From Polyangiales bacterium (GTDB lineage: Bacteria; Myxococcota_A; Polyangia; Polyangiales; Polyangiaceae): DNA of 64,000 nt. A model generated the notes under the pieces. It was not told where the DNA came from. It worked only from the letters and a program-made list of their open reading frames with translations, and did not search any database. The translations under genes were made by a program, and so were the position numbers. Shown one piece after another: positions 40,134 through 49,393 of the stretch. The stretch lies in assembly GCA_038230375.1 (NCBI GenBank), contig JBBRNJ010000006.1, positions 134,394-198,393 of the forward strand, read 5' to 3'. Numbering within the stretch: position 1 is the first letter of the stretch; each line of letters starts with the position of its first letter.

Positions 40134-41033
40134 GTGACCACGACCATCGAGCCGAAGACGTGGACGATCGGCGAGATCGTCAAATGGGCCACGGACGACT
40201 TTCGCACGCGCGGGATCGAGAACCCCGGCCTGGACGCCCAGCTCATCGTCGCGTTCACCCTGAAGGTCACGCGTACGCAGATCATCGTGGACGCCATGCG
40301 TCCGCTCACTGGCGACGAGCTCGCGAAGCTGCGCGCGCTCATCAAGCGTCGGCGCTCGCGCGAGCCCATGGCGTACCTCCTGGGCGAGCGCGAGTTCTAC
40401 GGTCGCGCGTTCCGCGTGGATGCGCGCGTGCTCATTCCGCGCCCCGACACGGAGACCCTGGTGGAGGTCGCGCTCACGCGCACGCGCGCGCAGAGCATGT
40501 ACGCCCGCGTGCTGGATCTGTGCACGGGCAGTGGTTGTGTCGCCACAACGCTGGCTCGGGAGCGCCCCACCACGCGCGTCACCGGCACGGACAAGAGCCC
40601 GGATGCGATCGCCGTGGCGCGTGACAACGCCGCGCGTCTTGGGGCCACGAATGTGTGGTTCGCCGTCTCGGACCTCTTCGAGAAAGTAGACGGCCCCTAC
40701 GAGCTCATCACGGCAAATCCGCCGTACATCGCCACGGAAGAGATCCCGCGACTCCAGCCGGAGATCGACAAATACGAGCCGAAGCTCGCGCTCGACGGCG
40801 GACCTGACGGTCTCGACCTGGTGCGAAAGATCGCGGCGCAGGCGAGCGCGCGTCTGGTCCCCGGTGGAGTACTCGCGCTCGAGATCGGCGCGGGGCAGGC
40901 GCAGGACACCGCAGAGATCCTGCGTGCGAATGGCTTCGACGAGATCGAGACCGCACGCGACTACGGACGTATCGAGCGCGTGGTGAGCGGACTCTCGAAG
41001 GCGGCGGAACACCTCCCGGGCGCGGGACGTTGA
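40134..41033 (+). CDS. prmC: Release factor glutamine methyltransferase
   Basis: EPMAYLLG, VLIPRPDTE, DLCTGSG, NPPY, ALDGGPDGL; start placed at GTG 40134. Confidence 0.95.
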   Translation: MTTTIEPKTWTIGEIVKWATDDFRTRGIENPGLDAQLIVAFTLKVTRTQIIVDAMRPLTGDELAKLRALIKRRRSREPMAYLLGEREFYGRAFRVDARVLIPRPDTETLVEVALTRTRAQSMYARVLDLCTGSGCVATTLARERPTTRVTGTDKSPDAIAVARDNAARLGATNVWFAVSDLFEKVDGPYELITANPPYIATEEIPRLQPEIDKYEPKLALDGGPDGLDLVRKIAAQASARLVPGGVLALEIGAGQAQDTAEILRANGFDEIETARDYGRIERVVSGLSKAAEHLPGAGR

Positions 41034-41046
41034 GGTAGGCGTCGCG

Positions 41047-42324
41047 ATGTTCGTGCTCACCCTGTTGCTAGCGAGCGGGCTCTCGCACTGGTTCTTTGCG
41101 GGCTGGCTGACGCGCTCCTTCCCGAAGCTGCGTGTGCGCCGCGTGCGCGCAGTGGCAGCGGGCCTCGCGGTGCTTCCGATGGCGCTGCGCCTGGTGACGC
41201 ACTTCACGTGGCACCCGCTGGTGACGGACCTGATGGGCGCGTCGATGATCGAGCTGCTGACGGTGATCGCGGGGAGCTTGGTGGTCGTGACGTTTCAGAT
41301 CCTGCGTGCGATCGGAGGGCGACTTCGACGAACGACGAAGAAGGCGGCGACGACGACGACGACGACGACCTCGACCCCGACTTTGACTTCGACTTCGACT
41401 TCGACTTCGACTTCGACCTCGACCTCGACCTCGACCTCGACCTCGACCCCGACTTTGACTTCGACCTCGACCTCGACCCCGACCCCGACCCTCACCCGTC
41501 GCGCTGCTGTCGAGCGTGGCGTTGGCCTTGCTACCTACGGTGCGATGGGCTCTCTCCTTGGTTGGGGGCTCGTTCGTGGGCGTCATGCGTTCGAGCTCAG
41601 CGAGCTCGTCGTGAAGATCCCTGGTCTGCCGAAGGCGCTCGATGGCTACACGATCGCGCAGATCTCGGACATCCACACTGGCGGCTTCGTGACCGAGCGC
41701 GAATTGCTCGAGGGCTTCGATCTCGTTCGCGCCGCCAAGGCCGACATGATCGTCGCCACGGGTGATCTGGTGGACTTCTATGCGGGGTGGGCGCCTCTCT
41801 TCGCGCGCCTCCTGTCGGACCTTCCCGCGCGCGATGGTCGCTTCGCGATCCTCGGCAACCATGACTACTACGCCGACGTGTCCGAGGTGACGAAGGCGCT
41901 CGGCGCGGCGCGCATCGAGCTGCTCGTGAACCGCGGGCTCCGCATTCGCCCGCAAGATGGTGGCGGGTTCGCGCTGCTCGGCGTGGACGATCTGTGGGCG
42001 CCCAAGGCCGGTGGTCCCGGCCCCGATCTCGATCGCGCGCTACGCGACGTCCCGGAAGATCTTCCGCGCATCCTCCTGGCGCACCAGCCGAAGTACATCG
42101 AGCAGTCCGCAGGCAAGGTCGCCCTGCAGCTCTCCGGGCACACGCACGGCGGACAGATCAACCCGGGCTTCTCCCCCGCTGCGCTCATCATGAAGTACGT
42201 CTCCGGTCGTTACGAGGTGGGCGGCACAACGCTCTACGTGAACCGCGGCTTCGGAGTCGCCGGCCCCCCCTCGCGCGTCGGCTCAGCGCCAGAGGTCACG
42301 AAGGTCGTGCTCGTCTCAGCCTAG
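41047..42324 (+). CDS. Membrane-anchored calcineurin-like metallophosphoesterase (YkuE-like) with Thr/Ser linker
   Basis: SDIH, TGD, GNHD, LLAHQP, SGHTHGGQ. Confidence 0.92.
   Translation: MFVLTLLLASGLSHWFFAGWLTRSFPKLRVRRVRAVAAGLAVLPMALRLVTHFTWHPLVTDLMGASMIELLTVIAGSLVVVTFQILRAIGGRLRRTTKKAATTTTTTTSTPTLTSTSTSTSTSTSTSTSTSTSTPTLTSTSTSTPTPTLTRRAAVERGVGLATYGAMGSLLGWGLVRGRHAFELSELVVKIPGLPKALDGYTIAQISDIHTGGFVTERELLEGFDLVRAAKADMIVATGDLVDFYAGWAPLFARLLSDLPARDGRFAILGNHDYYADVSEVTKALGAARIELLVNRGLRIRPQDGGGFALLGVDDLWAPKAGGPGPDLDRALRDVPEDLPRILLAHQPKYIEQSAGKVALQLSGHTHGGQINPGFSPAALIMKYVSGRYEVGGTTLYVNRGFGVAGPPSRVGSAPEVTKVVLVSA
41350..41496. repeat. Coding microsatellite (acg)n then (tcgacy)n encoding a Thr/Ser-Thr tract
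   Basis: Directly visible hexamer repeats. Confidence 0.95.
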
Positions 42325-42334
42325 CCCTGCAGCC

Positions 42335-43384
42335 TTAGGGCGCCTTGCAGCCGTCGAGCTGCTTCGTTGCGACGAGCAGGGTGGCGCCCTCGACGGGGAA
42401 TATGCCTGCATTCTGCACGTAAATCTTGGTCTGCTCGCGATCCCACAGGACGATGCCCACCTGCGCACCTGCAGGCAGTGTTCCGAGCGGCATGGGCACG
42501 CGGCCGCCGGCCTCGACCACGGTGATCGGCAGATCGTGCGTGCAGACCTTCACCTCCGTCACCGCAGGCGCGTCGAAGCGATCCGCGTTCGTCGAGAGCA
42601 CCACCATCGCGCGCTCCTCTGGCGGTCCGTCCCGCAGCAGGTCACGCTTCACCCAGGCGTGGACCAGAAGCGCGCCCCACTGGAACGCGACGTGCGCGCG
42701 CTCGCCCCGCTCCTCCAGCACGCTCACGGACAGCGATTCGGTCGCGAGCGTGAGGTCTCCCACTGGCGCGCCCGTGTCCGTCTCGTGCAGCGCGATTCGC
42801 CGCCCGTTCGTGATCGCAGCGCTCCTTGTCGCCGTCTTGCCCACCGACGGCAATGGATCGAAATTCGTCGGCTCGAACGAGAGCGCCGCGCACGGGACGT
42901 CCGCGAGGGCGGGCCGCGCCGAGAGCCCCGCGGGTGCATCGACCGAGACCTTTGCGACGTCGTCCGCGCGCGTGGGCCACGAGCGAACATCGCGCGACAG
43001 GTCGCGGTGGCCCGTGAGCACGAAGAGCGGTCCCGCCGCGACCGCGCCCGTGGTGTAGAGCGAGAGTGATGCCGGCTCCACCCAGCCCGCCACACGCACG
43101 GGACCCGAAGCCGCATCGAGCCGCGCGCTCTTTGTCATTCGCAGCGTGACGTCGTGCAGGTCACCGTAGATCTCCACCGCCACCGGACCGCGCTCGCGAA
43201 CCGCCAGGCGCAGGGGTGGCCGGTCGTGCAGACTCGTCGCACGTACCACGCAAGGTCCGTCGTCACGCGGCCGCACCACGCTCGGCGCGACACCCACCGG
43301 AGACTGCGGCGGGCGCGGCTCGCTCTCCTCGCACGAAGGCATCAGCGTGAGCAAGGCCAGGAGCGCGAGACCAGAGCGACGCAT
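42335..43384 (-). CDS. Hypothetical lipoprotein
   Basis: MRRSGLALLALLTLMPSC signal with Cys; start placed at ATG 43384. Confidence 0.6.
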   Translation of the reverse strand: MRRSGLALLALLTLMPSCEESEPRPPQSPVGVAPSVVRPRDDGPCVVRATSLHDRPPLRLAVRERGPVAVEIYGDLHDVTLRMTKSARLDAASGPVRVAGWVEPASLSLYTTGAVAAGPLFVLTGHRDLSRDVRSWPTRADDVAKVSVDAPAGLSARPALADVPCAALSFEPTNFDPLPSVGKTATRSAAITNGRRIALHETDTGAPVGDLTLATESLSVSVLEERGERAHVAFQWGALLVHAWVKRDLLRDGPPEERAMVVLSTNADRFDAPAVTEVKVCTHDLPITVVEAGGRVPMPLGTLPAGAQVGIVLWDREQTKIYVQNAGIFPVEGATLLVATKQLDGCKAP

Positions 43385-43449
43385 GAGCGCAGCATAACGG
43401 ATCCCACACCGCATTCCCCGCCCGCGACCGGCGTGGTACGAAACCACGC

Positions 43450-43977
43450 ATGCGTTCGGTGCACGTTGCAGGCGATCGGGTGAGCGTCACGCAAGACCCG
43501 AAGCGCGTGCTCACGCAGCTCTTGAGTTGCCTGCTGGAGCAGCCCAGGCCGCTCGCGCTGGAGCCAAGGTTCGCCTCCGGCGGTGAAGGCTTCGCGATCG
43601 ACGGCGTGGTCGAGGCGCGCCCGGCCGCGGGGCCAGGCCCGTACCGTGAAGCGCCCGAAGGCCTCGCCGAGCCGTGGACAGTCACGCTCCATCGCGCGAA
43701 GGGACCACCTGTCGAGCTCGTTCTCGACGGCTCCGAGCTTCGTCATCTGGTCCGCGAAGCGCTGGGATGGAAGCCCGCGCGTCGCAGTGTCGCCGAGCTC
43801 TTCCGCTTCCGGGATCCGCTCGATGCATGGTTCACGCTGGGAGGGCCCGTCCTTGTGACCGTCTGCTGCACGGGGCTTGCGTTCAGCGCGAACGTCGGGC
43901 TTCCGTTCGCGATCGGCACGGGCCTCCTCATGGGCAGTGCAACCCTGGTCAGGCTGGCGTTGCGACGCCGGAGCTGA
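43450..43977 (+). CDS. Hypothetical protein with two C-terminal TM helices
   Basis: Fills the gap between neighbours; GPYR motif; hydrophobic C-terminus; start uncertain. Confidence 0.5.
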   Translation: MRSVHVAGDRVSVTQDPKRVLTQLLSCLLEQPRPLALEPRFASGGEGFAIDGVVEARPAAGPGPYREAPEGLAEPWTVTLHRAKGPPVELVLDGSELRHLVREALGWKPARRSVAELFRFRDPLDAWFTLGGPVLVTVCCTGLAFSANVGLPFAIGTGLLMGSATLVRLALRRRS

Positions 43978-44003
43978 CGTCCTCGTATATAGTCGGTTCC
44001 GCC

Positions 44004-45182
44004 GTGCGCTCGATCTCGTCTGTCCTGGCTCTCCTTGCCGTTGCGCTGCTCGTGACGAGCGATTCGCGCGCCGCACCGTCTGCGGCTGCGCGGCCGGACG
44101 TCCACGCTGGCGTTCTTCGTGATCGCATCGACGCCATGGACGCCGTGCGCGGCATCACGATCGGCCCCATCGAGAACGCGCTGCATCCGAACGCAGGGTA
44201 TGGCTCGCGGCCCTACGACCGCACGCTCAGGGAATGCTCGCAGATGGGCGCCACGTGGGTCGCGCTCACGCCGTTCGGCCGCGTGATGAACCTGGAGGGC
44301 CGCGGTGTGGACCCCACGTTCGAGGCGCCGTTCGAGGAGAACAAGAAGAGCATCGCGCGCGCTGTCACCATGGCGCACGCGCGCGGTCTGCGCGTCATGC
44401 TCGTGCCGCACCTGTGGGTGGAGTCGGGCGAGTGGCGCGCGCTCATCGATCCGAAGACGGATGCGGGCTGGGAGGCGTGGGCGAAGAGCTACGCGGACTT
44501 CGTGCTCGCGTGGGCAAGGGTCGCGGAGGAGTCGCACGTGGACCTCTTCTCGGTCGGCGTGGAGCTCCGCAGCTGGGTCACCACACCACACGCCCCTTCC
44601 TTCCTGGAGGTCGTGCATCAGATACGTGCGGTATACACGGGACCACTCACGTACTCCGCGAACTGGGACGACGTGGACGACACCGTGATCCTGGGCGAGG
44701 TCGACGTCATCGGCGTGAACGCGTTCTACCCGCTCGCGGACAAGGACGGCGCGCCTCTCGCGGAGCTGCTCACGGGCGGCGAGCGGGTGAGGGACAAGCT
44801 TCGCACGCTCGCGGCGGCATGGCAGAAGCCGGTGGTGTTCACGGAGATCGGCTACACGACGCGTCCCAATCCAGCGGTGCATCCGTGGGAGTGGCCCGAC
44901 GCGATGAAGGGTGTCACCGTGGACCAGGTCGCGCAGGCAGAGGCGTACCACGCGCTGATCGCGCCCATGCGCGACGAGCCATGGTTCCTTGGCTTCTTCG
45001 TGTGGCGCGTGTACGCCGACCCGGAGGACGTGTCGCAGGAGGCCGAATGGGGCTTCTCGCCCCGCGGCAAGCTCTCGGAGCTGGTCATGCGTGATGCGTT
45101 CGCCTCGCGCTTCGCACACGACCGGACCACGGCCATCCCGGGCTTCCCGCCCGCAGCCCGCGAGCCCGGGTTCTTCCCCTGA
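44004..45182 (+). CDS. Secreted glycoside hydrolase, GH113-like TIM barrel
   Basis: Signal peptide; SVGVEL, LTYSANWD, GVNAFYPL, VVFTEIGY (two catalytic-type Glu); start placed at GTG 44004. Confidence 0.75.
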   Translation: MRSISSVLALLAVALLVTSDSRAAPSAAARPDVHAGVLRDRIDAMDAVRGITIGPIENALHPNAGYGSRPYDRTLRECSQMGATWVALTPFGRVMNLEGRGVDPTFEAPFEENKKSIARAVTMAHARGLRVMLVPHLWVESGEWRALIDPKTDAGWEAWAKSYADFVLAWARVAEESHVDLFSVGVELRSWVTTPHAPSFLEVVHQIRAVYTGPLTYSANWDDVDDTVILGEVDVIGVNAFYPLADKDGAPLAELLTGGERVRDKLRTLAAAWQKPVVFTEIGYTTRPNPAVHPWEWPDAMKGVTVDQVAQAEAYHALIAPMRDEPWFLGFFVWRVYADPEDVSQEAEWGFSPRGKLSELVMRDAFASRFAHDRTTAIPGFPPAAREPGFFP

Positions 45183-45209
45183 AGTATTTGCCTGACATCG
45201 GCAAATACT
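45183..45209. promoter_or_regulatory. Perfect inverted repeat AGTATTTGCC-N7-GGCAAATACT (operator or hairpin)
   Basis: 10-bp arms between the GH113-like stop and the lipase start. Confidence 0.55.
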
Positions 45210-45228
45210 GTGCTACCTCCATCGGGCG

Positions 45229-46734
45229 ATGAGATTTCGGAGCTGGGCTCTCTGTTCCTTCTCTCTCTCCTGCGTCGTTGCTTGCGGCAGCGCGGGCGGC
45301 TCCCCCTCTGGACCCGCCGTTGCAGCCGACGCGGGCGTGGGCTCCACGGGCCCCTTGCAAGGCACCACCGACGACGCGGGCTCACCGGACCCGACACGGG
45401 ACGCGGGCGCGACGGAAGACGGATCGACCGGGCCCACGGGCCTCTCGATCGTGGTCGCGTGCACGAGCACGATGGACGACGTCTACGTGGTCCCCACCTC
45501 CATGCCGGCGTTCTCTGCCGCGGCGCGCGGTGACATCGTGCGGTGTGGTCACGACTCGGATCTGTCGCTCGCAGAGGTCACCACGCAGATCACGGGGACC
45601 ACGATCCAGGTGACGCCTGTGAGCGGCGTGCACATCTATCGCGTCGCATACCGCACCACGCGTGGCAACGGCGCAGCGGGTGTGTCGACTGCGCGCGTGT
45701 ACATCCCCGACGCGCCGCGTGCGTCGGTGCTCCCGGTGATCGTCGTCGCGCATCCCACGGAGGGGCTCGCGCCGTCGTGCGCGCCGTCGAAGGATCCTGG
45801 TTCGCTCGCGGACCAGGCGTTGCCGTGGGCCTCGCTCGGGTACGCTGTGATCGCCCCCGACTACGCGGGCCTTGGCAACGACGACCTGGTGCAGGGCTAC
45901 GTGGACAATCACGACACGGGCTACTCCGCGCTCGACGCCACGCGCGCGCTGCGGAAGCTCCTTCCGGCTGCGTCGCTCACGAACGACGTGCTCGCGGTGG
46001 GCTGGAGCCAGGGCGGCGGCGCGGTGCTCTCTGCGCAGGCGCTGGAGAAGACGTACGGCGCAGCGGGCAAGATCAAGGGCGTCATCGCGTTCTCGCCAGA
46101 GTGGCCCACGCGCGACAACTCGTTCGGCTATCGCGATCTGCTCGAGAACCCGCTGGACCTCACCATCACCAAGGGCGTGAGCTCCCCCACGGTGGCGGCC
46201 ATGCGCGAGTTTTCGTACTTCTCTGCTTACCTGGGCCCGGGCCACGCGACGGACGCATTCCCTGCCGCGTCGCGCGCGGGTGTGCAGTCCGCCATCACGA
46301 GCATGTGCCAGACGCCGTTCGGCGGATACATCCAGGGGGTCTTCCCGAAGGTCGGCGATCAGTTCGACCCCGCGTTCCACGACGCGCTGCTCGCCTGCAT
46401 GAAGGGCACGGCGGGCTGCGTGGAGCCGGCGAAGAGCTACCACGACTTCATGCAGAAGAACGTGCTCACCGGCGATGCGTCCGGCGCGCCGATACTCTTC
46501 GTGCAAGGGCTGGCCGACACGATCATGCCTGCCGCCAGTGAGGGGGCGTGCAACCTGGACAAGCTGCACAAGGACGGGGTCACTCCGCAGGTCTGCACCG
46601 ACCTGACTGCCGTCCACACCAATGTCGTTCCGCGAAACATGGCCTTCGCGCTTTCGTGGGGTCAGGCGATACTCGACGGGAGCACACTACCCGTCTGCCC
46701 ATCGACCCTGGGAATGCCTCCATGCACACCGTGA
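45229..46734 (+). CDS. Lipoprotein, secretory lipase (LIP)-like alpha/beta hydrolase
   Basis: Lipobox VVAC; APDYAGLG, GWSQGG nucleophile elbow, QGLADT, terminal His. Confidence 0.8.
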   Translation: MRFRSWALCSFSLSCVVACGSAGGSPSGPAVAADAGVGSTGPLQGTTDDAGSPDPTRDAGATEDGSTGPTGLSIVVACTSTMDDVYVVPTSMPAFSAAARGDIVRCGHDSDLSLAEVTTQITGTTIQVTPVSGVHIYRVAYRTTRGNGAAGVSTARVYIPDAPRASVLPVIVVAHPTEGLAPSCAPSKDPGSLADQALPWASLGYAVIAPDYAGLGNDDLVQGYVDNHDTGYSALDATRALRKLLPAASLTNDVLAVGWSQGGGAVLSAQALEKTYGAAGKIKGVIAFSPEWPTRDNSFGYRDLLENPLDLTITKGVSSPTVAAMREFSYFSAYLGPGHATDAFPAASRAGVQSAITSMCQTPFGGYIQGVFPKVGDQFDPAFHDALLACMKGTAGCVEPAKSYHDFMQKNVLTGDASGAPILFVQGLADTIMPAASEGACNLDKLHKDGVTPQVCTDLTAVHTNVVPRNMAFALSWGQAILDGSTLPVCPSTLGMPPCTP

Positions 46735-47375
46735 AAGCCTCTGCCTCTTCCTCCTCTGGCGCCGCAAAGACCGCCGCGCCCATCCGCGACGGACGGCATC
46801 TCCGGAGCGAGCGCACGCGCGCCGCGATCGTATCGGCGCTGCTCACGCTTGCCGATCAGGGAGAGCTCGCGCCGACTGCGCAGCAGATCGCGGACGCGGC
46901 GGGTGTTGCGCTGCGCTCCATCCGTCAGCACTTCGCGACCCGTGAGGAGCTCTTCGTGGCTGCAGCAGCCGAGCACGCGCGTCGCACCAAGGATCTGCGC
47001 GTGGAGGTGGAGCCGTCGGCGCCGCTCGGCACGCGCATCGCCGCATTCGCGAAGGTGCGCTCGAAGGAGCTCGAGAACACGGCGCCGTTGCGTCACGCCG
47101 CGGAGCTGGCGGAGGACACGTCGCAGATCGTCGCGCGTGCCATGTCTGCAGCGCGCGCGCACCGGCGCAAGGATGTCGCGCGCGTGTTCGCGAAGGAGCT
47201 TCTGGCGGCAGCGGACCCGGAGGTCCTCCTTGATCAGCTGGACCTGCTCACGTCTGGCCGCGGCTACGACATGCTCCGCCGCGATCGTGGACACTCGGAG
47301 GCCACGGCGAAGAGCCGCATGGAGCGCTTCCTGGTCGCCGCGCTCGCCGGGGTTGCCATCAGTAAGAGTGCGTGA
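46731..47375 (+). CDS. TetR-family regulator
   Basis: DGRHLRSERTR...TAQQIADAAGVALRSIRQHF; GTGA overlap with the lipase stop. Confidence 0.85.
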   Translation: MKASASSSSGAAKTAAPIRDGRHLRSERTRAAIVSALLTLADQGELAPTAQQIADAAGVALRSIRQHFATREELFVAAAAEHARRTKDLRVEVEPSAPLGTRIAAFAKVRSKELENTAPLRHAAELAEDTSQIVARAMSAARAHRRKDVARVFAKELLAAADPEVLLDQLDLLTSGRGYDMLRRDRGHSEATAKSRMERFLVAALAGVAISKSA

Positions 47376-47387
47376 TACTCTATCTGG

Positions 47388-48230
47388 GTGTTGCTCCAGA
47401 TCGCCATCGGTGACGCCTACGGCGCGCCCTTCGAGTTCGTGAACCGTAGCCTGCTCGCGGAGAACGATCTCCGTGGCTATCGCTCCCATCCGCGCCACGG
47501 GCACCCGCCTGGCCACTACACGGACGACACCCAGATGAGCCTCGCGATCGCGGAGCTGCTCGTGGAGCGCGCGCCGTTCACGCGCGAGAACCTGGCGGAC
47601 AAGTTCGTGGCTGTCTTCCATCGCGACCCGCGTGAAGGCTACGCGCGTGGCTTCCATGCCTTCCTCCTGCAGACGCACACCGGAGCCGCGCTGCTCGCGA
47701 ACATCCGCGCGGACAGCAAGAAGAGCGGCGCTGCGATGCGTGCGGCACCACTGGGCGTCCTCCGCGACGCCGCCGACGTGAAAACGATGGCGACGCTGCA
47801 GGCGCGGCTCACCCACGACACCAAAGAGGGCATCGACTCCGCGGTCGCCGCCGCGCTGCTCTCGCACTACTTCCTTCACGACAAGGGGCCACGCGCAGAC
47901 GTCGGCAAGTACCTGAGCGAGCACGTGCCCGGCCCGTGGCAGACGCCATGGAAGGGCGAGGTCTCTGGAGAGGGCATGGACTGCGTTCACGCTGCGATCA
48001 CGGCGATCACTTCTGGTGACGGCCACGAGACGCTCTCCGGGATTCTCCGCGCGTGCATTGCGTTCGGTGGCGATGTCGATACGGTCGCGGCGATCGCGAT
48101 GGGTGGAGCAAGCCACGCGCGAGACATCACGTCGGACCTGCCGGCAGTGCTCGTGGACGGCCTGGAGAATGGCGCGTTCGGCCGCGACTACATCCAGGCG
48201 CTGGACGCGAAGCTGCTCGCGCTGGTCTGA
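47388..48230 (+). CDS. ADP-ribosylglycohydrolase (DraG/ARH family)
   Basis: IGDAYG, YTDDTQM, GAAMR, LTH, GGDVDT. Confidence 0.9.
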   Translation: MLLQIAIGDAYGAPFEFVNRSLLAENDLRGYRSHPRHGHPPGHYTDDTQMSLAIAELLVERAPFTRENLADKFVAVFHRDPREGYARGFHAFLLQTHTGAALLANIRADSKKSGAAMRAAPLGVLRDAADVKTMATLQARLTHDTKEGIDSAVAAALLSHYFLHDKGPRADVGKYLSEHVPGPWQTPWKGEVSGEGMDCVHAAITAITSGDGHETLSGILRACIAFGGDVDTVAAIAMGGASHARDITSDLPAVLVDGLENGAFGRDYIQALDAKLLALV

Positions 48231-48317
48231 CGCCGCGCACGCGCCTTCGATAAGTGAGCCAACGCGATCACGATCAAGTTGGCCGGCTTCGTGCGCTCTT
48301 TCTACGATCCGCCTGTC

Positions 48318-49343
48318 ATGAGAGGCCTGCCCCGCGTCACCCTTGCAGCGATCACCGCGCTGGGGATCGGCTCGTGGCTGGGGGTGGGCCGGCCCGACGA
48401 GGCACGCCTGAGAGAGCTTGTTTTCAAGGCTCGTGATGCGGTCAACGAGGCGACGTCACCCACGGCAACCGCCACGGCAACGGGCGATCCCGTTCTGGAC
48501 TTCGCGCCGTCCGTGGCCCCGGAGACGCTGGATACCGCGCGTCCGTGGCCGCGCCTGAACCCGGAGGCGAGCGCCAAGCGCGCGTGGCTCCTGGCGGAAG
48601 GGCCGTATCATCCGCCAGGTGACGGCCAGCGGCTGGTGACGCTCACGTTCGACGACGGTCCGTTCCCGGAGACCACGCCGAGCGTCCTGCGATTACTTGC
48701 AAAGTACAACATTCACGCCACGTTCTTCGTGCTCGGTCGCTACCTGGATGGCGACGACGATCGCTCGAAGGCGACGCGCGACGTGCTCCGTCAGATCGTG
48801 TCCAGTGGCCATCTGGTCGGAAATCACACGCACGACCATCATCTGCTCACGCAGCTTGGTCACGGGGAGACGCTGGCGCAGATAGAGGAGGGCGCCGCAT
48901 CCATCACGAAGGTGATCGGCAAGGAGCCCATCGTCTTTCGTCCGCCGTACGGGCAGGTCGACGTGTTCACCATGCAGGTGCTGAAGGAGAAGCAGCTGGA
49001 GCTCGTGCTCTGGAACATCGAGGCCGAGGACATGAAGAACGACGACCCCGTCGCCATGTTCCAGAGCATCCGCGGCCAGCTCGAGTACGCCGGCGGCGGC
49101 ATCGTGCTCCTGCATGACATCAGGCCGTCGACCGTGGTGATGCTGGGCAAGCTGCTCGACTGGATGTCGCTCCGCAAGTTCGATCCTGCTCACAAGGAGA
49201 AGCCGGGGTTCCAGGTCGTGGATCTGCCGGCGTACATCCGCGCGACGGCCGAGTCGCCGCAGCCATTCCCCGATCGCATCGAGCTCGAGCGTAAGCGCAG
49301 CGCGCAGCATCAGCTCGGCGTCACGCGCAGACCGCGTCGCTGA
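48318..49343 (+). CDS. Polysaccharide deacetylase (CE4/NodB domain), N-terminally anchored
   Basis: TFDDGP, NHTHDH, RPPYG, LLHD; start placed at ATG 48318. Confidence 0.9.
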   Translation: MRGLPRVTLAAITALGIGSWLGVGRPDEARLRELVFKARDAVNEATSPTATATATGDPVLDFAPSVAPETLDTARPWPRLNPEASAKRAWLLAEGPYHPPGDGQRLVTLTFDDGPFPETTPSVLRLLAKYNIHATFFVLGRYLDGDDDRSKATRDVLRQIVSSGHLVGNHTHDHHLLTQLGHGETLAQIEEGAASITKVIGKEPIVFRPPYGQVDVFTMQVLKEKQLELVLWNIEAEDMKNDDPVAMFQSIRGQLEYAGGGIVLLHDIRPSTVVMLGKLLDWMSLRKFDPAHKEKPGFQVVDLPAYIRATAESPQPFPDRIELERKRSAQHQLGVTRRPRR

Positions 49344-49393
49344 CGCATCCTCTTGTCATTGAACTATCGGCGGGAAGCTACTACCGATGGTGA

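Noticed and set aside
38063..40369. 768-aa minus-strand ORF
   Set aside because: Antisense shadow of PMM/PGM
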